In this document: one piece after another, positions 1 to 10,046 of the stretch | How positions within the stretch are numbered: position 1 is the first letter of the stretch | How the letters are laid out: every line of letters begins with the position of its first letter | Source of the DNA: Acholeplasmataceae bacterium | GTDB lineage: Bacteria > Bacillota_I > Bacilli_A > Acholeplasmatales > Acholeplasmataceae | Reading direction: 5' to 3' | Assembly (NCBI GenBank): GCA_963667565.1 | Contig: OY763415.1 | Coordinates: 1,312,001-1,376,000 of the forward strand | DNA length: 64,000 bases | The notes under the pieces: generated by a model | What the model saw: the letters and a program-made list of their open reading frames with translations, nothing else | Told to the model about the DNA's origin: nothing | The model's database searches: none | Made by a program: the position numbers and the translations under genes

Positions 1-1446
1 GAAATCTGAAACACCAACAACTTTATTACCAGGAACACCAACGAATTGTAAATCAAAACCTGCAGTTGCAGCATTTGATGCCATTCCTGAAGCTGACCAA
101 GTACCATCCCATTGGAATGCTAATTGACCATGATTAAATCCTGCCCACCATTCAGAACCGAAACGTTCTACTCTTGGTGATACTAAAGGACCATCAGCAT
201 CTGGATCAGTATCAGAAAATGATTCTAAAGCCCAACCATTATCCATAATTGCTTTAGCTTGTGCTAATGCATCTTTGACTGGTTGACTGTTATATAAGAA
301 TTCGCCATTTGCTAAACCAGCATGACCAATTCCAAGTGGAGTTTCTGATTCAGAGTCTAAAATTGATGGTAACCAGTTGAAGAAATCAGCAGGGTGGTTT
401 AAACCAGCAGTTGAAGTTCCATCAAGTTTTGTAGTATCTGTAGCATTTTCGATTGCAGTAATGAATGCATCATAATCATATCCTAATTGAGTGAAATCAG
501 TTAATGTACCTGAATTTTCAATTAAGTCTAAGTTAGCATAATAACCTAAATAGTTTAATGCAGCAGGAACTGCAAAAATATGACCATCATAAGTAATTGA
601 ATCTCTTAATGCAACTGGAATATTTTGCCATTCAACATCTGTTTGAGCAACTGATGTGATATCACCAGCATAACCCATAAGGATGTGTGAAGGAATATTA
701 CCTGACATAAATACATCTGGGAATGTACCAGCAGCAGCTTGAGTAGCTAAGAAATCATCATAAGAACCTGTATATTCAAGAATTTGAATTTCAACTGTTT
801 CACTTTGTTCATTGAATGCAGCAATTCTTCTTCTTAACAAGTTATTTTGTTCTTCAGTACCTAAACCCCAATGTGCTAATGTAACAACTGTCTTATCGCC
901 ATAAACAACAGTGATTACTCTAGTGATTGATGTTGTATTACCAGCGCTATCTGTAACTGAATAAGTTAAAGTATATTCGCCAACTAAACCAACATTAACA
1001 GTACCAGAAACTGTGATTTGCGCTGTTAAGTCGCCATCTTCTTCATCTGATGCATATACATATAATAATGGATTAAATCCAACATTATAAGTAACATTCT
1101 TGTCAGTTGCACCAGTGATCACTGGAGCTTCACCAACTGTTACTGCGATAACTCTATCTACTTCAGTAACATTCTTAGCGCTATCCATTACAACATATGT
1201 AACTGTGTAGTTACCTTGAACTAAGTTATTAACAGTTCCTCTTGTTGTGATGTCAGCTGTTAAGTCACCATCTTCAGCATCAGTTGCTGTAACGCCTTGC
1301 AATAAATCGAAAGTTTCTCCGATTTTAATTGAAGCAGCTTCAACACCTGAGATTACTGGAGCAGCATCTTCAACAGGAGTTTCTTTACAAGCAAACAAAC
1401 CCACTGCTGTGAATAAAACTAAACCTAAAACTAATAGTTTTCTCAT
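1..1446 (-). CDS. Sugar ABC transporter substrate-binding lipoprotein (family 1) with two N-terminal Ig-like (DUF5011-type) domains; 3' end outside window
   Basis: Not in ORF track; translated by hand: RBS GAGGAG, ATG at 1446, MRKLLVLGLVLFTAVGLFAC lipobox, two 'APVI.G...A.D.EDGDLTA.IT..GTVN....G.YT.TY.V.DSA.N' repeats, then 'VTLAHWG...AAAGTFPDVF...YDGHIFAVP' SBP motifs; open to position 1. Confidence 0.9.
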   Translation of the reverse strand, partial: MRKLLVLGLVLFTAVGLFACKETPVEDAAPVISGVEAASIKIGETFDLLQGVTATDAEDGDLTADITTRGTVNNLVQGNYTVTYVVMDSAKNVTEVDRVIAVTVGEAPVITGATDKNVTYNVGFNPLLYVYASDEEDGDLTAQITVSGTVNVGLVGEYTLTYSVTDSAGNTTSITRVITVVYGDKTVVTLAHWGLGTEEQNNLLRRRIAAFNEQSETVEIQILEYTGSYDDFLATQAAAGTFPDVFMSGNIPSHILMGYAGDITSVAQTDVEWQNIPVALRDSITYDGHIFAVPAALNYLGYYANLDLIENSGTLTDFTQLGYDYDAFITAIENATDTTKLDGTSTAGLNHPADFFNWLPSILDSESETPLGIGHAGLANGEFLYNSQPVKDALAQAKAIMDNGWALESFSDTDPDADGPLVSPRVERFGSEWWAGFNHGQLAFQWDGTWSASGMASNAATAGFDLQFVGVPGNKVVGVSDF

Positions 1447-1478
1447 TTATTTCTCTCCTCATTTATTTTTTAGCGAAA

Positions 1479-1492
1479 TGTAATCGCTTTCT
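1479..1492. promoter_or_regulatory. cre/LacI-family operator TGTAATCGCTTTCT
   Basis: Fits TGWNANCGNTNWCA-type dyad; lies 10 nt downstream of the -10 of the SBP promoter. Confidence 0.6.
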
Positions 1493-1502
1493 TTATATCT
1501 TG

Positions 1503-1531
1503 ATTTTATCAAATAGAAATGCACGTGTCAA
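1503..1531 (-). promoter_or_regulatory. sigma70 promoter of SBP gene
   Basis: Minus strand TTGACA-N17-TAAAAT with TGn extension. Confidence 0.75.
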
Positions 1532-1651
1532 CCTATTTAATAATTTAAATTAAACGTTTCAATAACTTTCATATCTTTATATATTATTTATAATATATAA
1601 AAAATATTCATTTTCATCATTTTTTCAACCATTTTCACGGTTTATTTACAA

Positions 1652-2461
1652 TTATTTATTTTCATTTAGTGAAACGTTTGACTTATATGCTTTTACATGT
1701 CTGAGACTCATAGCTATTTCAATGAACGGATCTTGATCAAAAAACTCGTCTTGTTCAATAATTAAATATGGGAATTCAAGGCGACTAATAACTGAAATTA
1801 TTTTCTTATAATCCATATTCCCTTCCCCAATAGGGGCACATTGAGCGGTTGTTACCCATTTGTTTGACAATTTCACTTTCATATCTTTGATTTGAATGAG
1901 TTCAATTTTATGCTTATATGTTTCAATGAAATCAATTGGATTTAAACCTGAAAATTGAATCCAAAACAAGTCTGGTTCAACGCTTAAGTTTTCACTAATC
2001 ATATTTTGCATGATTACATCCATAGGTAAAAACTCATCAATTTTAGCAAATTCGAACGCGTGGTGATGATATACCAACTTCAAATCATGGGCTTTTAGTC
2101 GATTAGCCATTTGATTAGCTTGAAAGATAAATGTTTGATAATCATTAAGTGATTTTCTATCAAAGCCATCTGGAATTGCACTAATACCAATATAGCTACA
2201 TCCCAGTTGTTTATGATATTTTACAGTTTGTTCGAATTCTTCTTTAAGTTGATTATAATCAATGTGTGTCCCAATAATCTTCAAATCAAGCTCTTTAGTA
2301 CATTGATCTATGAAATTGATTTTATCATCGCTAAATTTACCAATACCTGATAATAATATGTAGTCAAAGCCCATGTCTTTTACTTTTTTCAATGTATCGT
2401 TAATCATTTCTTCAGTTTTTAAAAAATGACGCAAAGAATATAATTGTAATACTTCTTTCAT
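1652..2461 (-). CDS. Sugar phosphate isomerase/epimerase (xylose-isomerase-like TIM barrel)
   Basis: LQLYSLR start, YHHH..EF, EPDLFW, QIKDM, GEGNMD, IIEQD motifs. Confidence 0.85.
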   Translation of the reverse strand: MKEVLQLYSLRHFLKTEEMINDTLKKVKDMGFDYILLSGIGKFSDDKINFIDQCTKELDLKIIGTHIDYNQLKEEFEQTVKYHKQLGCSYIGISAIPDGFDRKSLNDYQTFIFQANQMANRLKAHDLKLVYHHHAFEFAKIDEFLPMDVIMQNMISENLSVEPDLFWIQFSGLNPIDFIETYKHKIELIQIKDMKVKLSNKWVTTAQCAPIGEGNMDYKKIISVISRLEFPYLIIEQDEFFDQDPFIEIAMSLRHVKAYKSNVSLNENK

Positions 2462-2472
2462 TTGATATCCCC

Positions 2473-3939
2473 CTACTTAAATTCTTTTGGATGAATCTTT
2501 TTATATAACTCAACATAAGATAATCTATTTGTTTTTTTCAGGTGCGTATCACAATACCATTTTAAATTACCATTCGCATGGTAAGGACCACCTTCTTTTA
2601 AAACTGTCCACAATGGATCAATTTTATCTTCTGATTTCATCATTTGATCATCAACCCATGAAAATAATTTACTTTCAGCATTTCTTAAGACATCTATGTT
2701 TTTATCTGCTAAATTATTTTGTTCATGTGGATCTTGTTTCAAATCAAATAACATATGTTTTGGAAAAAAATGAAAACCATCATGATATGTTCTTATATAA
2801 AGATAATCATCAAATCGAACGCCGCGTTGAACTACATGTGACATTTGAGATAATACTAAATGATCATGAGATTCATCGCTACCTTGCAAAATCGTTTTTG
2901 CAAAACTTTTTCCATCCCAATAAGGCGATTTATGTTTATAATCTATCATTTCAGCAAGCGTAGGCACTAAATCTAAGTTGTAATGAAAACCAGAAACGTG
3001 ATGATTTTTCATACCTCCTGGCCATTTGACAATCATAGGAATATGACAAGTCATTTGATCTGCTAATCCGTGTTCGGCATAAATACCCATTTCACCTAAT
3101 GTTTCTCCATGATCAGATGAGATGATGAGCACTGTATCTTCGTAAACTCCTAGATCTTTTAATGTTTGAACAAGTTCACCAACTGCATCATCTGCATACT
3201 TAATGCCTAAATCATATCCTTCATATAATTTTTGAACATCTTCTAAACTATCCAATCTTCCCATTTGTCTAGGAAACTTATCTCTGTTTTCAAAATCGGA
3301 ATACATGCCTATTTCTTGTGCGCAATGAGGGCCAGCAAGTTCATGATGTTTTTCAAACACTTCCTTAGTTAACCACTCAGGCAATTTTTGTCCTTTAAGC
3401 TCTCCCTCGTAATCCATAGGTACACGATAGGGTGTATGAGGATCCCAAAAATTGATGTGCAAATACCAATCTTCATCTTTGCCTTTTTCATTTAACCATT
3501 TTTTAGCAATCGGTAAAATATCGTGTGCAGATTCATCTCCAAATTTACCAGTATCATGGATCTCATTAAAACCTGCATAAAAATACCAAGCAGAATGACG
3601 AGATGCAAATGGTGTAATACCACATGTATAAAATCCATGCGTGCGAAGCATACCAAATAAGCTGTCTTTTTCAAAACGATGCTTAAAATCTCTTTTTGGG
3701 TCTATTTTTAATTGTGATGCAACATTCCCGTGATTAGTCACACCTGTATGAATGCCAAATTGTCCAGAAAACAAAGCAGTTCTAGAAGGTAAGCAAGGAG
3801 CATCAGAAGTATAATATTGATCAAAAATGACAGATTCTTCAGCAATTTGATCAATGTTTGGTGATGTATTATTCTTATACCCATAACAACCTAAGTGGTC
3901 AGGTCTCATCGTATCAATATCAATATATATAATTCTCAA
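2473..3939 (-). CDS. Cys-type sulfatase family hydrolase
   Basis: IDIDTMRPDHLGCYGY, CLPSR (CxPxR formylglycine motif), DPHTPY, SSDHGE. Confidence 0.9.
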   Translation of the reverse strand: MRIIYIDIDTMRPDHLGCYGYKNNTSPNIDQIAEESVIFDQYYTSDAPCLPSRTALFSGQFGIHTGVTNHGNVASQLKIDPKRDFKHRFEKDSLFGMLRTHGFYTCGITPFASRHSAWYFYAGFNEIHDTGKFGDESAHDILPIAKKWLNEKGKDEDWYLHINFWDPHTPYRVPMDYEGELKGQKLPEWLTKEVFEKHHELAGPHCAQEIGMYSDFENRDKFPRQMGRLDSLEDVQKLYEGYDLGIKYADDAVGELVQTLKDLGVYEDTVLIISSDHGETLGEMGIYAEHGLADQMTCHIPMIVKWPGGMKNHHVSGFHYNLDLVPTLAEMIDYKHKSPYWDGKSFAKTILQGSDESHDHLVLSQMSHVVQRGVRFDDYLYIRTYHDGFHFFPKHMLFDLKQDPHEQNNLADKNIDVLRNAESKLFSWVDDQMMKSEDKIDPLWTVLKEGGPYHANGNLKWYCDTHLKKTNRLSYVELYKKIHPKEFK

Positions 3940-3945
3940 GATCTA

Positions 3946-5211
3946 TCATCTCTCTTTCTCAAATATATTATCTTCAACTTTTCTAAATCCCAGTTTTTTT
4001 ATAGCTTTTTGGATAAATTCACTTTGGGTGACTAGTTTTTGAATGGTTTGATTTTCATAATTGTCAAGCATGATTAAAGTTGGTCCTTTATCAATACCAA
4101 TATATGTATTTGAATACCAGTTTTCATCTTCAAAATTAAACGAATCATATAATCCATAGGGTCCCCACATTTTTTCATCTTGTGCAAATAACTCTAATTG
4201 TTTTTTTGATAATTCCGGTGTAAATATCATTGATGATAAACTCGCATAAGGTGCTACTGTTCCATCCATATGATTAGGTTTGTAATCAATGTTTTCAAAA
4301 CCCCAAGGTGGACCACCAACAACCATATATCCTGTCTTCGAATGCATTGCTGTTAATCCCCAATATCCTTTTTTAAAGGTTTTAGACCACTTTTGATCCT
4401 TGCACCACTGATAATTACCAATGGTTGCATCAACACTGTTTTGGAACCAATTAAACATCTTTGCATCTCTATATTGATTAAAATCAATAAACGCATGAGA
4501 GAATTGATGTATAAATAGTGCATTATTATAGCAATGTACTAAATTATCACCTTTGTATGCACCTACATGTCTATGAAATCCAAAATATAACTTTCTCGCA
4601 TCTTCAATCGTTGTTTTATCTTGTCCCGCATATAAGAAATACATCATGAGTTGTTCAGCATAATGATCCCATGTCGCTTTATTCCACCCTTGAGGATAAC
4701 GTTCTTTATCATCATAGTATGCCATTCTAAACACAGGTTTATCAGGATGAACAAGCCAAGCCCAATTGGCTTCATCTAACATTTGATCAACTATGGTTTT
4801 AACGTCTTTTTTAAAGAACTCAGCAGCTGAAATTGCACCCATGAGTAATATTGCTGTATCTATTGTAGAGTATTCAGATGGTCTTCCTTTTTTTAGTCCA
4901 TAATTTTCAGCTGTATGATAATTCACAAAATGAATATAAAAACCATTCTTTTTATCTACATTTTGATAAATCGATTCAAGTGTTTTTAAAGTTCGATGAT
5001 AACCTTCTTCGAAGCTGATATAACCTCTTGTGACTCCAATCACATAGCTGCTTAATCCAAATCCCACTGCTGCGATTGATGCCATGTCATCTCTTCTTGT
5101 TGAATCAAGTGTTAATCCGTATCCTTTAGAAGATTCATCATGATTGGTCTCATTCCAAAAAAAATCAAAACAGCCCTTTGCTTCTTTTTCTATCAGTTGT
5201 TTTATATCCAT
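3946..5211 (-). CDS. GH144-type (glucoamylase/DUF3131) endo-beta-1,2-glucanase
   Basis: SIAAVGFGL, GFYIHF, EYSTIDTA, WDHYAEQ, LFIHQFSHAFIDF, DGTVAP, YGLYDSFN, IGIDKGP motifs. Confidence 0.8.
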   Translation of the reverse strand: MDIKQLIEKEAKGCFDFFWNETNHDESSKGYGLTLDSTRRDDMASIAAVGFGLSSYVIGVTRGYISFEEGYHRTLKTLESIYQNVDKKNGFYIHFVNYHTAENYGLKKGRPSEYSTIDTAILLMGAISAAEFFKKDVKTIVDQMLDEANWAWLVHPDKPVFRMAYYDDKERYPQGWNKATWDHYAEQLMMYFLYAGQDKTTIEDARKLYFGFHRHVGAYKGDNLVHCYNNALFIHQFSHAFIDFNQYRDAKMFNWFQNSVDATIGNYQWCKDQKWSKTFKKGYWGLTAMHSKTGYMVVGGPPWGFENIDYKPNHMDGTVAPYASLSSMIFTPELSKKQLELFAQDEKMWGPYGLYDSFNFEDENWYSNTYIGIDKGPTLIMLDNYENQTIQKLVTQSEFIQKAIKKLGFRKVEDNIFEKER

Positions 5212-5215
5212 TGAT

Positions 5216-7555
5216 TTATCCTCTTTTAAATGTTAATTCTATTGGCTCTAGCCCTTTAATGATGAAAGTATTATCTTTAATTTCAACTCTTTCATTATGA
5301 ACCAATCCCATTTCACTTGTGATTTTTATTTTTTCAATGTCATTTGTAGGTATCAAATTTAGTATCATTTCTTGATCGTTTACTTTAATGTTATTGATTT
5401 CACATGTTGCATAATCAATTTTAAACGCTTTATTGATTTTCCAATCTACTGGGAGAATCAATCCTTTTTTAAATGGCACCTTAAATATGTGACCATCAAA
5501 TAAATCTTTTCCTTCAAAGAGGATGGTTGTTTCTTTTTCAAATTCTTCAAAATTGTGAATGAATACAAACGATCCTTGATCACAAGTACGCATCGATACA
5601 TTTAACCATTCATCTTGAGTCACTATACGTTTAATGCCCATGTCATCAAAGATTTCTCTTGTGAATTCATCAATATAATCCCAATCACTCTTAATTGCCA
5701 TACCAAACATAAAGACAGTGCCTTTGCCTATTGTTTTTTTAAATCCTGTTACAGAATCATGATCTAAATCCAATGTTGCAAATCCTTTATTGACATCATA
5801 GATTTGTGCAACATGACAATTAACTGAATCATGTCCATTTAAATTAACACGCTTGCCATAAACCTTTGATTTGATTGAAACACCAATGTAATCTTTAAGA
5901 ATACTACATTCACGATCATTTAAATCTTTTGTTGGCATTTCAGGAAATAAAAATAATTTCCCACCCTCTTTTAAGTAATTGACGAGTTTTTGTTGGGCAA
6001 ATTTGCTCATCCAATCAAGTGCAAAAACAATTAAAGTTGGATGTTTTTCAACATCTATTTTTTCACTTGAAATCATGTCAAAACTATCAAATGAAATATT
6101 GTTCATAACTAAGCTTTTTCCAATGCCATTAAACAAATAATTTTGTCTTGCATTAGTGATATGGTTAATCATATGTCTATTGTGATGATTTTGATATTCT
6201 GTCATAAAATAATCAGCATCAAAAGCAAGTGTTGTATGATTTTTAGGCTGTGCACTGATGAACGCATCTCCATAAGTTCTCACAACATCAACAATATGTT
6301 TAATGACATAATAATGTCTTCTTAAAGATCCATCATAACCAATTGCAGATTGCCAATCATGTCTTCTGGAAATCAACCCAATTTCTTGATAGTTTTCACC
6401 GCCGACTAACATATAATAATTGATTGCGTTCATACCATTAGATATGGTTAATCTTGTTTTTAAATCATGCGTGGTTGGTTGAAGTCTTGGAACACCATTT
6501 TGAAATCCGCCTTGAAATTCAGCACTGAAAAGCGGTTGACCTTTTGGTTGAATTGCCTTTGTAAAGGCATTTGCAAGAATCACATCAAAAAAGTTTTCAG
6601 GAACGATATTACCGATGTAATAGTCACCAGCAATGACGACATCTTTTATTTTAGCTGTTTCATATAATTGTGATAAACCAATAGGATATTTGTTTCCTCG
6701 TTTTGAGTAATCGGTTTGAGAAAACCCATGAACATTAACGATTGGTTTCGATTTTGCGCCATATTTTTTAGAGATGTCAATAAGTTTTTCTAAATATAAT
6801 TTGATATACACTCTAAAGAATTTTTCATATGCTTGATTAATGTCCAAAGCTGCTTGATATGAGACATCATCTTTTAAATAATGACTCATGTAGTCATCAA
6901 AGTCTTTATACATAAAAAGTGCTTCAGAAAAAATCTCTTTTTGATACGTTTCTATAATATAGTTTTTAAAATGTGATAATGTATTTTCAGAATAATCACC
7001 TTGTCCAGAAACCCAATGGAACATGCCAACTTCATTGTCGTATTGAATCATGATAATTGGTCCACCGTTTTCATGCTCATATGCACTTAAAAGACTAAAT
7101 ACTTTTTTATACCATCCTTCGATATAATATAAGTATTTGGGATGTAAATAGCTCACTAATCCAGAAGATTGATGATAAGTACCGTCTTCTTTTCGTGCTC
7201 TAATTTCGGGATGCTCATTGATAAGCCATTCTGGAATACCTGAATTTACAGTTTCAGCCATGACATAAGGACCTGGTCTAACAAGCAACCACATTCCACT
7301 ATCTTTGACTAGTTCTAAAAATGCTTTAAGATCTCTTTCTGCTGAAGTTCTTCCTTCTAAATCAATATGTCCTTTTTCGTGTTCATGCCAAATCCAAGGG
7401 ATGTATGTAGAAACTAAATTAAAGCCCATAGCTTTCATTTTATCAAGTCTATCTTTCCACTCTGATTTAGGCACTCTAAAATAATGAAATTCTCCACCCC
7501 ATATAAATGTTTCTTTGTCATCAATAGCAAATTTATCATTTTGATAACTAAGCAT
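5216..7555 (-). CDS. GH35 glycoside hydrolase (beta-galactosidase family; possibly beta-1,2-glucosyltransferase-like)
   Basis: GGEFHYFRVP, STYIPW..HE, VRPGPY..AE, QYDNE (acid/base), SAEFQGG (nucleophile); start reassigned to ATG 7555 after AAGGTGA RBS. Confidence 0.85.
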   Translation of the reverse strand: MLSYQNDKFAIDDKETFIWGGEFHYFRVPKSEWKDRLDKMKAMGFNLVSTYIPWIWHEHEKGHIDLEGRTSAERDLKAFLELVKDSGMWLLVRPGPYVMAETVNSGIPEWLINEHPEIRARKEDGTYHQSSGLVSYLHPKYLYYIEGWYKKVFSLLSAYEHENGGPIIMIQYDNEVGMFHWVSGQGDYSENTLSHFKNYIIETYQKEIFSEALFMYKDFDDYMSHYLKDDVSYQAALDINQAYEKFFRVYIKLYLEKLIDISKKYGAKSKPIVNVHGFSQTDYSKRGNKYPIGLSQLYETAKIKDVVIAGDYYIGNIVPENFFDVILANAFTKAIQPKGQPLFSAEFQGGFQNGVPRLQPTTHDLKTRLTISNGMNAINYYMLVGGENYQEIGLISRRHDWQSAIGYDGSLRRHYYVIKHIVDVVRTYGDAFISAQPKNHTTLAFDADYFMTEYQNHHNRHMINHITNARQNYLFNGIGKSLVMNNISFDSFDMISSEKIDVEKHPTLIVFALDWMSKFAQQKLVNYLKEGGKLFLFPEMPTKDLNDRECSILKDYIGVSIKSKVYGKRVNLNGHDSVNCHVAQIYDVNKGFATLDLDHDSVTGFKKTIGKGTVFMFGMAIKSDWDYIDEFTREIFDDMGIKRIVTQDEWLNVSMRTCDQGSFVFIHNFEEFEKETTILFEGKDLFDGHIFKVPFKKGLILPVDWKINKAFKIDYATCEINNIKVNDQEMILNLIPTNDIEKIKITSEMGLVHNERVEIKDNTFIIKGLEPIELTFKRG

Positions 7556-9155
7556 GATCTTCACCTTTTTTCTTGTAGTATATGCGTAACTCATATGGTT
7601 TAAACAGAGGTTCTAGCAAATCATAATTTGACATCAATACTTCTTTATCTGTTGGTCCTTCATATAAACCTTCAGTCTCACTAAAGTTTGCGATAACTTC
7701 AATGGATTCATCCTCATTTTCTCTTATAAAATGAAAAAATTGTTCATCATCCGGATTTTTGAGTATATATTTACCATCAATCACACATCTGATTTGTTTA
7801 CGTAGATTAATCAGTTCTTTATAAAAGTAATATATTGAATTTTGATCTTCAATCGCTTGTTTCACATTAATATCTAAATAGTTTGGATTGACGTCAATCC
7901 ATGGATGTGCATCACTAAATCCAGCATGCATAGATGTATCCCATTGCATTGGTGTTCTAGCGTTATCTCTTCCTTTAGCTCTTATGGATTCAAAAATCTT
8001 TTCCAGTGGCCAACTGTCTTCTTTTTCTTTAATCATATTGATCGTTTCAATATCTCTTAATTCTTCTTTTAATGTGAAATGTTTATTGGTCATCCCAATT
8101 TCTTCACCTTGATAAATATATGGTGTACCCTGCATCATGTGAAGAATACCTGCAAGCATTTTTGCACTTTGTATACGAAATTTTTGATCGTTTCCCCATC
8201 TTGATACAATTCTTGGTTGATCATGATTGCTCCAATAAAGACTATTCCATCCTTTTTGATAAAGTTCTGTTTGCCAAGTTGATAAAACACGTTTAAGGTC
8301 TGTTAATTTAAGTGGTTTAAGGTGCCATTTGTCTTTTCCTTTTTCTTCATCTAGACTCACTTGTTGAAATTGGAAAACCATATCTAATTCATGCGCTCCT
8401 AATGATGTATATTCAATAGCAATTTCAGGTGTTACACTCCCTGTTTCACCAACAGTTATGGTTTGTCGACCTTCAAAACAATGTGCATGCATTTCTTTTA
8501 AATAGTCATGTAGTTTAGGTCCATTTGAAAAAATATGTTGATCGATATCTTTTCCAATTAAATCAATAACATCCATTCGAAATCCATCTATACCTAAATC
8601 TAACCAATAATTCATCATCTTATATATAGCATGTCTCAGTGCCTCATTTTTCCAGTTAAGATCTGGCTGTTTTTTAGAAAACATATGAAAATAAGCATAC
8701 GTGTCATCAGTTTTTTCCCATGCACTACCGCTAAAGATACTTCTCATATTAAAATCAGCTTCTTCATGTTTTCTAAAAATATAAAAATCTCTATATGGGC
8801 TCGTCTCATCTTTTAATGCTTCTTGAAACCATACATGTTCATCTGATGTATGATTAACAACTAAATCCATGATTAAATACATTCCTCTTTTATGGACTTC
8901 AAAAAGTAGCTTTTTAAATTGTTCTAATGTCCCAAACATAGGATGTATTTTATAATAATCGCTGATGTCATAGCCATTGTCGTCCATCGGTGATTGATAA
9001 ATTGGACTTAACCATAAAACATCAATACCTAACGTCTTCAAATAATCCAATTTCTCAATAATTCCAACAATATCACCCATACCATCATGATTGCTGTCTT
9101 TAAAACTCATTGGATAAATTTGATAAACAACTAAATTTTCAAACCATCTATTCAT
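7548..9155 (-). CDS. GH13 oligo-1,6-glucosidase/alpha-glucosidase
   Basis: YQIYPMSF.DSN.DG.GD, DLVVNH, QPDLNW, GFRMDVID, VGE, SNHD, GRDNARTPMQW. Confidence 0.92.
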   Translation of the reverse strand: MNRWFENLVVYQIYPMSFKDSNHDGMGDIVGIIEKLDYLKTLGIDVLWLSPIYQSPMDDNGYDISDYYKIHPMFGTLEQFKKLLFEVHKRGMYLIMDLVVNHTSDEHVWFQEALKDETSPYRDFYIFRKHEEADFNMRSIFSGSAWEKTDDTYAYFHMFSKKQPDLNWKNEALRHAIYKMMNYWLDLGIDGFRMDVIDLIGKDIDQHIFSNGPKLHDYLKEMHAHCFEGRQTITVGETGSVTPEIAIEYTSLGAHELDMVFQFQQVSLDEEKGKDKWHLKPLKLTDLKRVLSTWQTELYQKGWNSLYWSNHDQPRIVSRWGNDQKFRIQSAKMLAGILHMMQGTPYIYQGEEIGMTNKHFTLKEELRDIETINMIKEKEDSWPLEKIFESIRAKGRDNARTPMQWDTSMHAGFSDAHPWIDVNPNYLDINVKQAIEDQNSIYYFYKELINLRKQIRCVIDGKYILKNPDDEQFFHFIRENEDESIEVIANFSETEGLYEGPTDKEVLMSNYDLLEPLFKPYELRIYYKKKGEDHA

Positions 9156-9855
9156 GATTTATACCTACAAATTCTATAATATCTTTAAACACTTCTTGTT
9201 TTTCTTTATCCATCGTAATCACATGGCCAGATGCTTCATAATATTTATGCATGACAACTTTACTATTAACACCTTCAATAATCATTTTTGAACTTTTTAT
9301 ATATCGATCATGGTCTTTTAATCCCTGAATAACTAAAATAGGTGATGTGATTCGGTTTATATATTTTTTATCATCTTCATAAAAGCGATTGTTCTCTTGT
9401 TTCATATGATAAAAAATCTCAAAATAACGATCTTTATCTATATCACTAATCTCGTGATGTCTGTTGATTTCATCTCTCGTATGAACTTCCATTTGTTCTT
9501 TTGTAAATGCAATCAGTGGGGTAGACATAGAGACTAGTTTGTAAGGTTTTCTATCAATGCCTATACGAAGCGTCATCGCACCTCCCATTGATAAACCAAT
9601 CACAATAACTTTTTCATAAGATTCTTTTAAATAATCATATGCAGCAAGTGAGTGTTCATACCATAATGATATTTTAGTATTTAAAAAATCTTTAAATGTT
9701 TTTCCATGCCCTGGATGTAGCGGAATAGATACAGTATGACCTAATTGAGCAAGCATCATTCCAAGTTCTTGCATCTCAATCAAGTTACCCCCAAAGCCAT
9801 GAAGCATTAAAATGGCTGGTTTTTGTTTGTTTCCATTTAAAAATATTGATTTCAT
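9148..9855 (-). CDS. Carboxylesterase, alpha/beta hydrolase
   Basis: LHGFGG, GHG, GLSMGG nucleophile elbow, C-terminal SGH. Confidence 0.85.
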   Translation of the reverse strand: MKSIFLNGNKQKPAILMLHGFGGNLIEMQELGMMLAQLGHTVSIPLHPGHGKTFKDFLNTKISLWYEHSLAAYDYLKESYEKVIVIGLSMGGAMTLRIGIDRKPYKLVSMSTPLIAFTKEQMEVHTRDEINRHHEISDIDKDRYFEIFYHMKQENNRFYEDDKKYINRITSPILVIQGLKDHDRYIKSSKMIIEGVNSKVVMHKYYEASGHVITMDKEKQEVFKDIIEFVGINHE

Positions 9856-9927
9856 GATTTCCTCTTTATATAAATTATAATATAATATATTTTATCCCTT
9901 TATAAAGCGATTTTAATCTTAATTTTA

Positions 9928-9972
9928 GTGAAACGTTTCGATGTAAAAGTAAAAAAATATAAAACGCTTACA
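9928..9972. promoter_or_regulatory. Two LacI/CcpA-family operators (GTGAAACGTTTCGA; TGTAAGCGTTTTAT on minus)
   Basis: Perfect core palindrome GAAACGTTTC at 9930-9939 and cre-like site at 9959-9972, both between the promoter and the first gene of the glycan operon. Confidence 0.65.
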
Positions 9973-9985
9973 TGTTTTCAATTCC

Positions 9986-10014
9986 ATTATACATGAATGA
10001 ATTTTAAATATCAA
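9986..10014 (-). promoter_or_regulatory. sigma70 promoter of glycan hydrolase operon
   Basis: Minus strand TTGATA-N17-TATAAT. Confidence 0.7.
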
Positions 10015-10046
10015 CGTTCTATACTTACTTTTATGATGATTTATTT

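Noticed and set aside
1247..1483. 78-aa plus-strand ORF
   Set aside because: Antisense shadow of the minus-strand SBP lipoprotein gene (1-1446).
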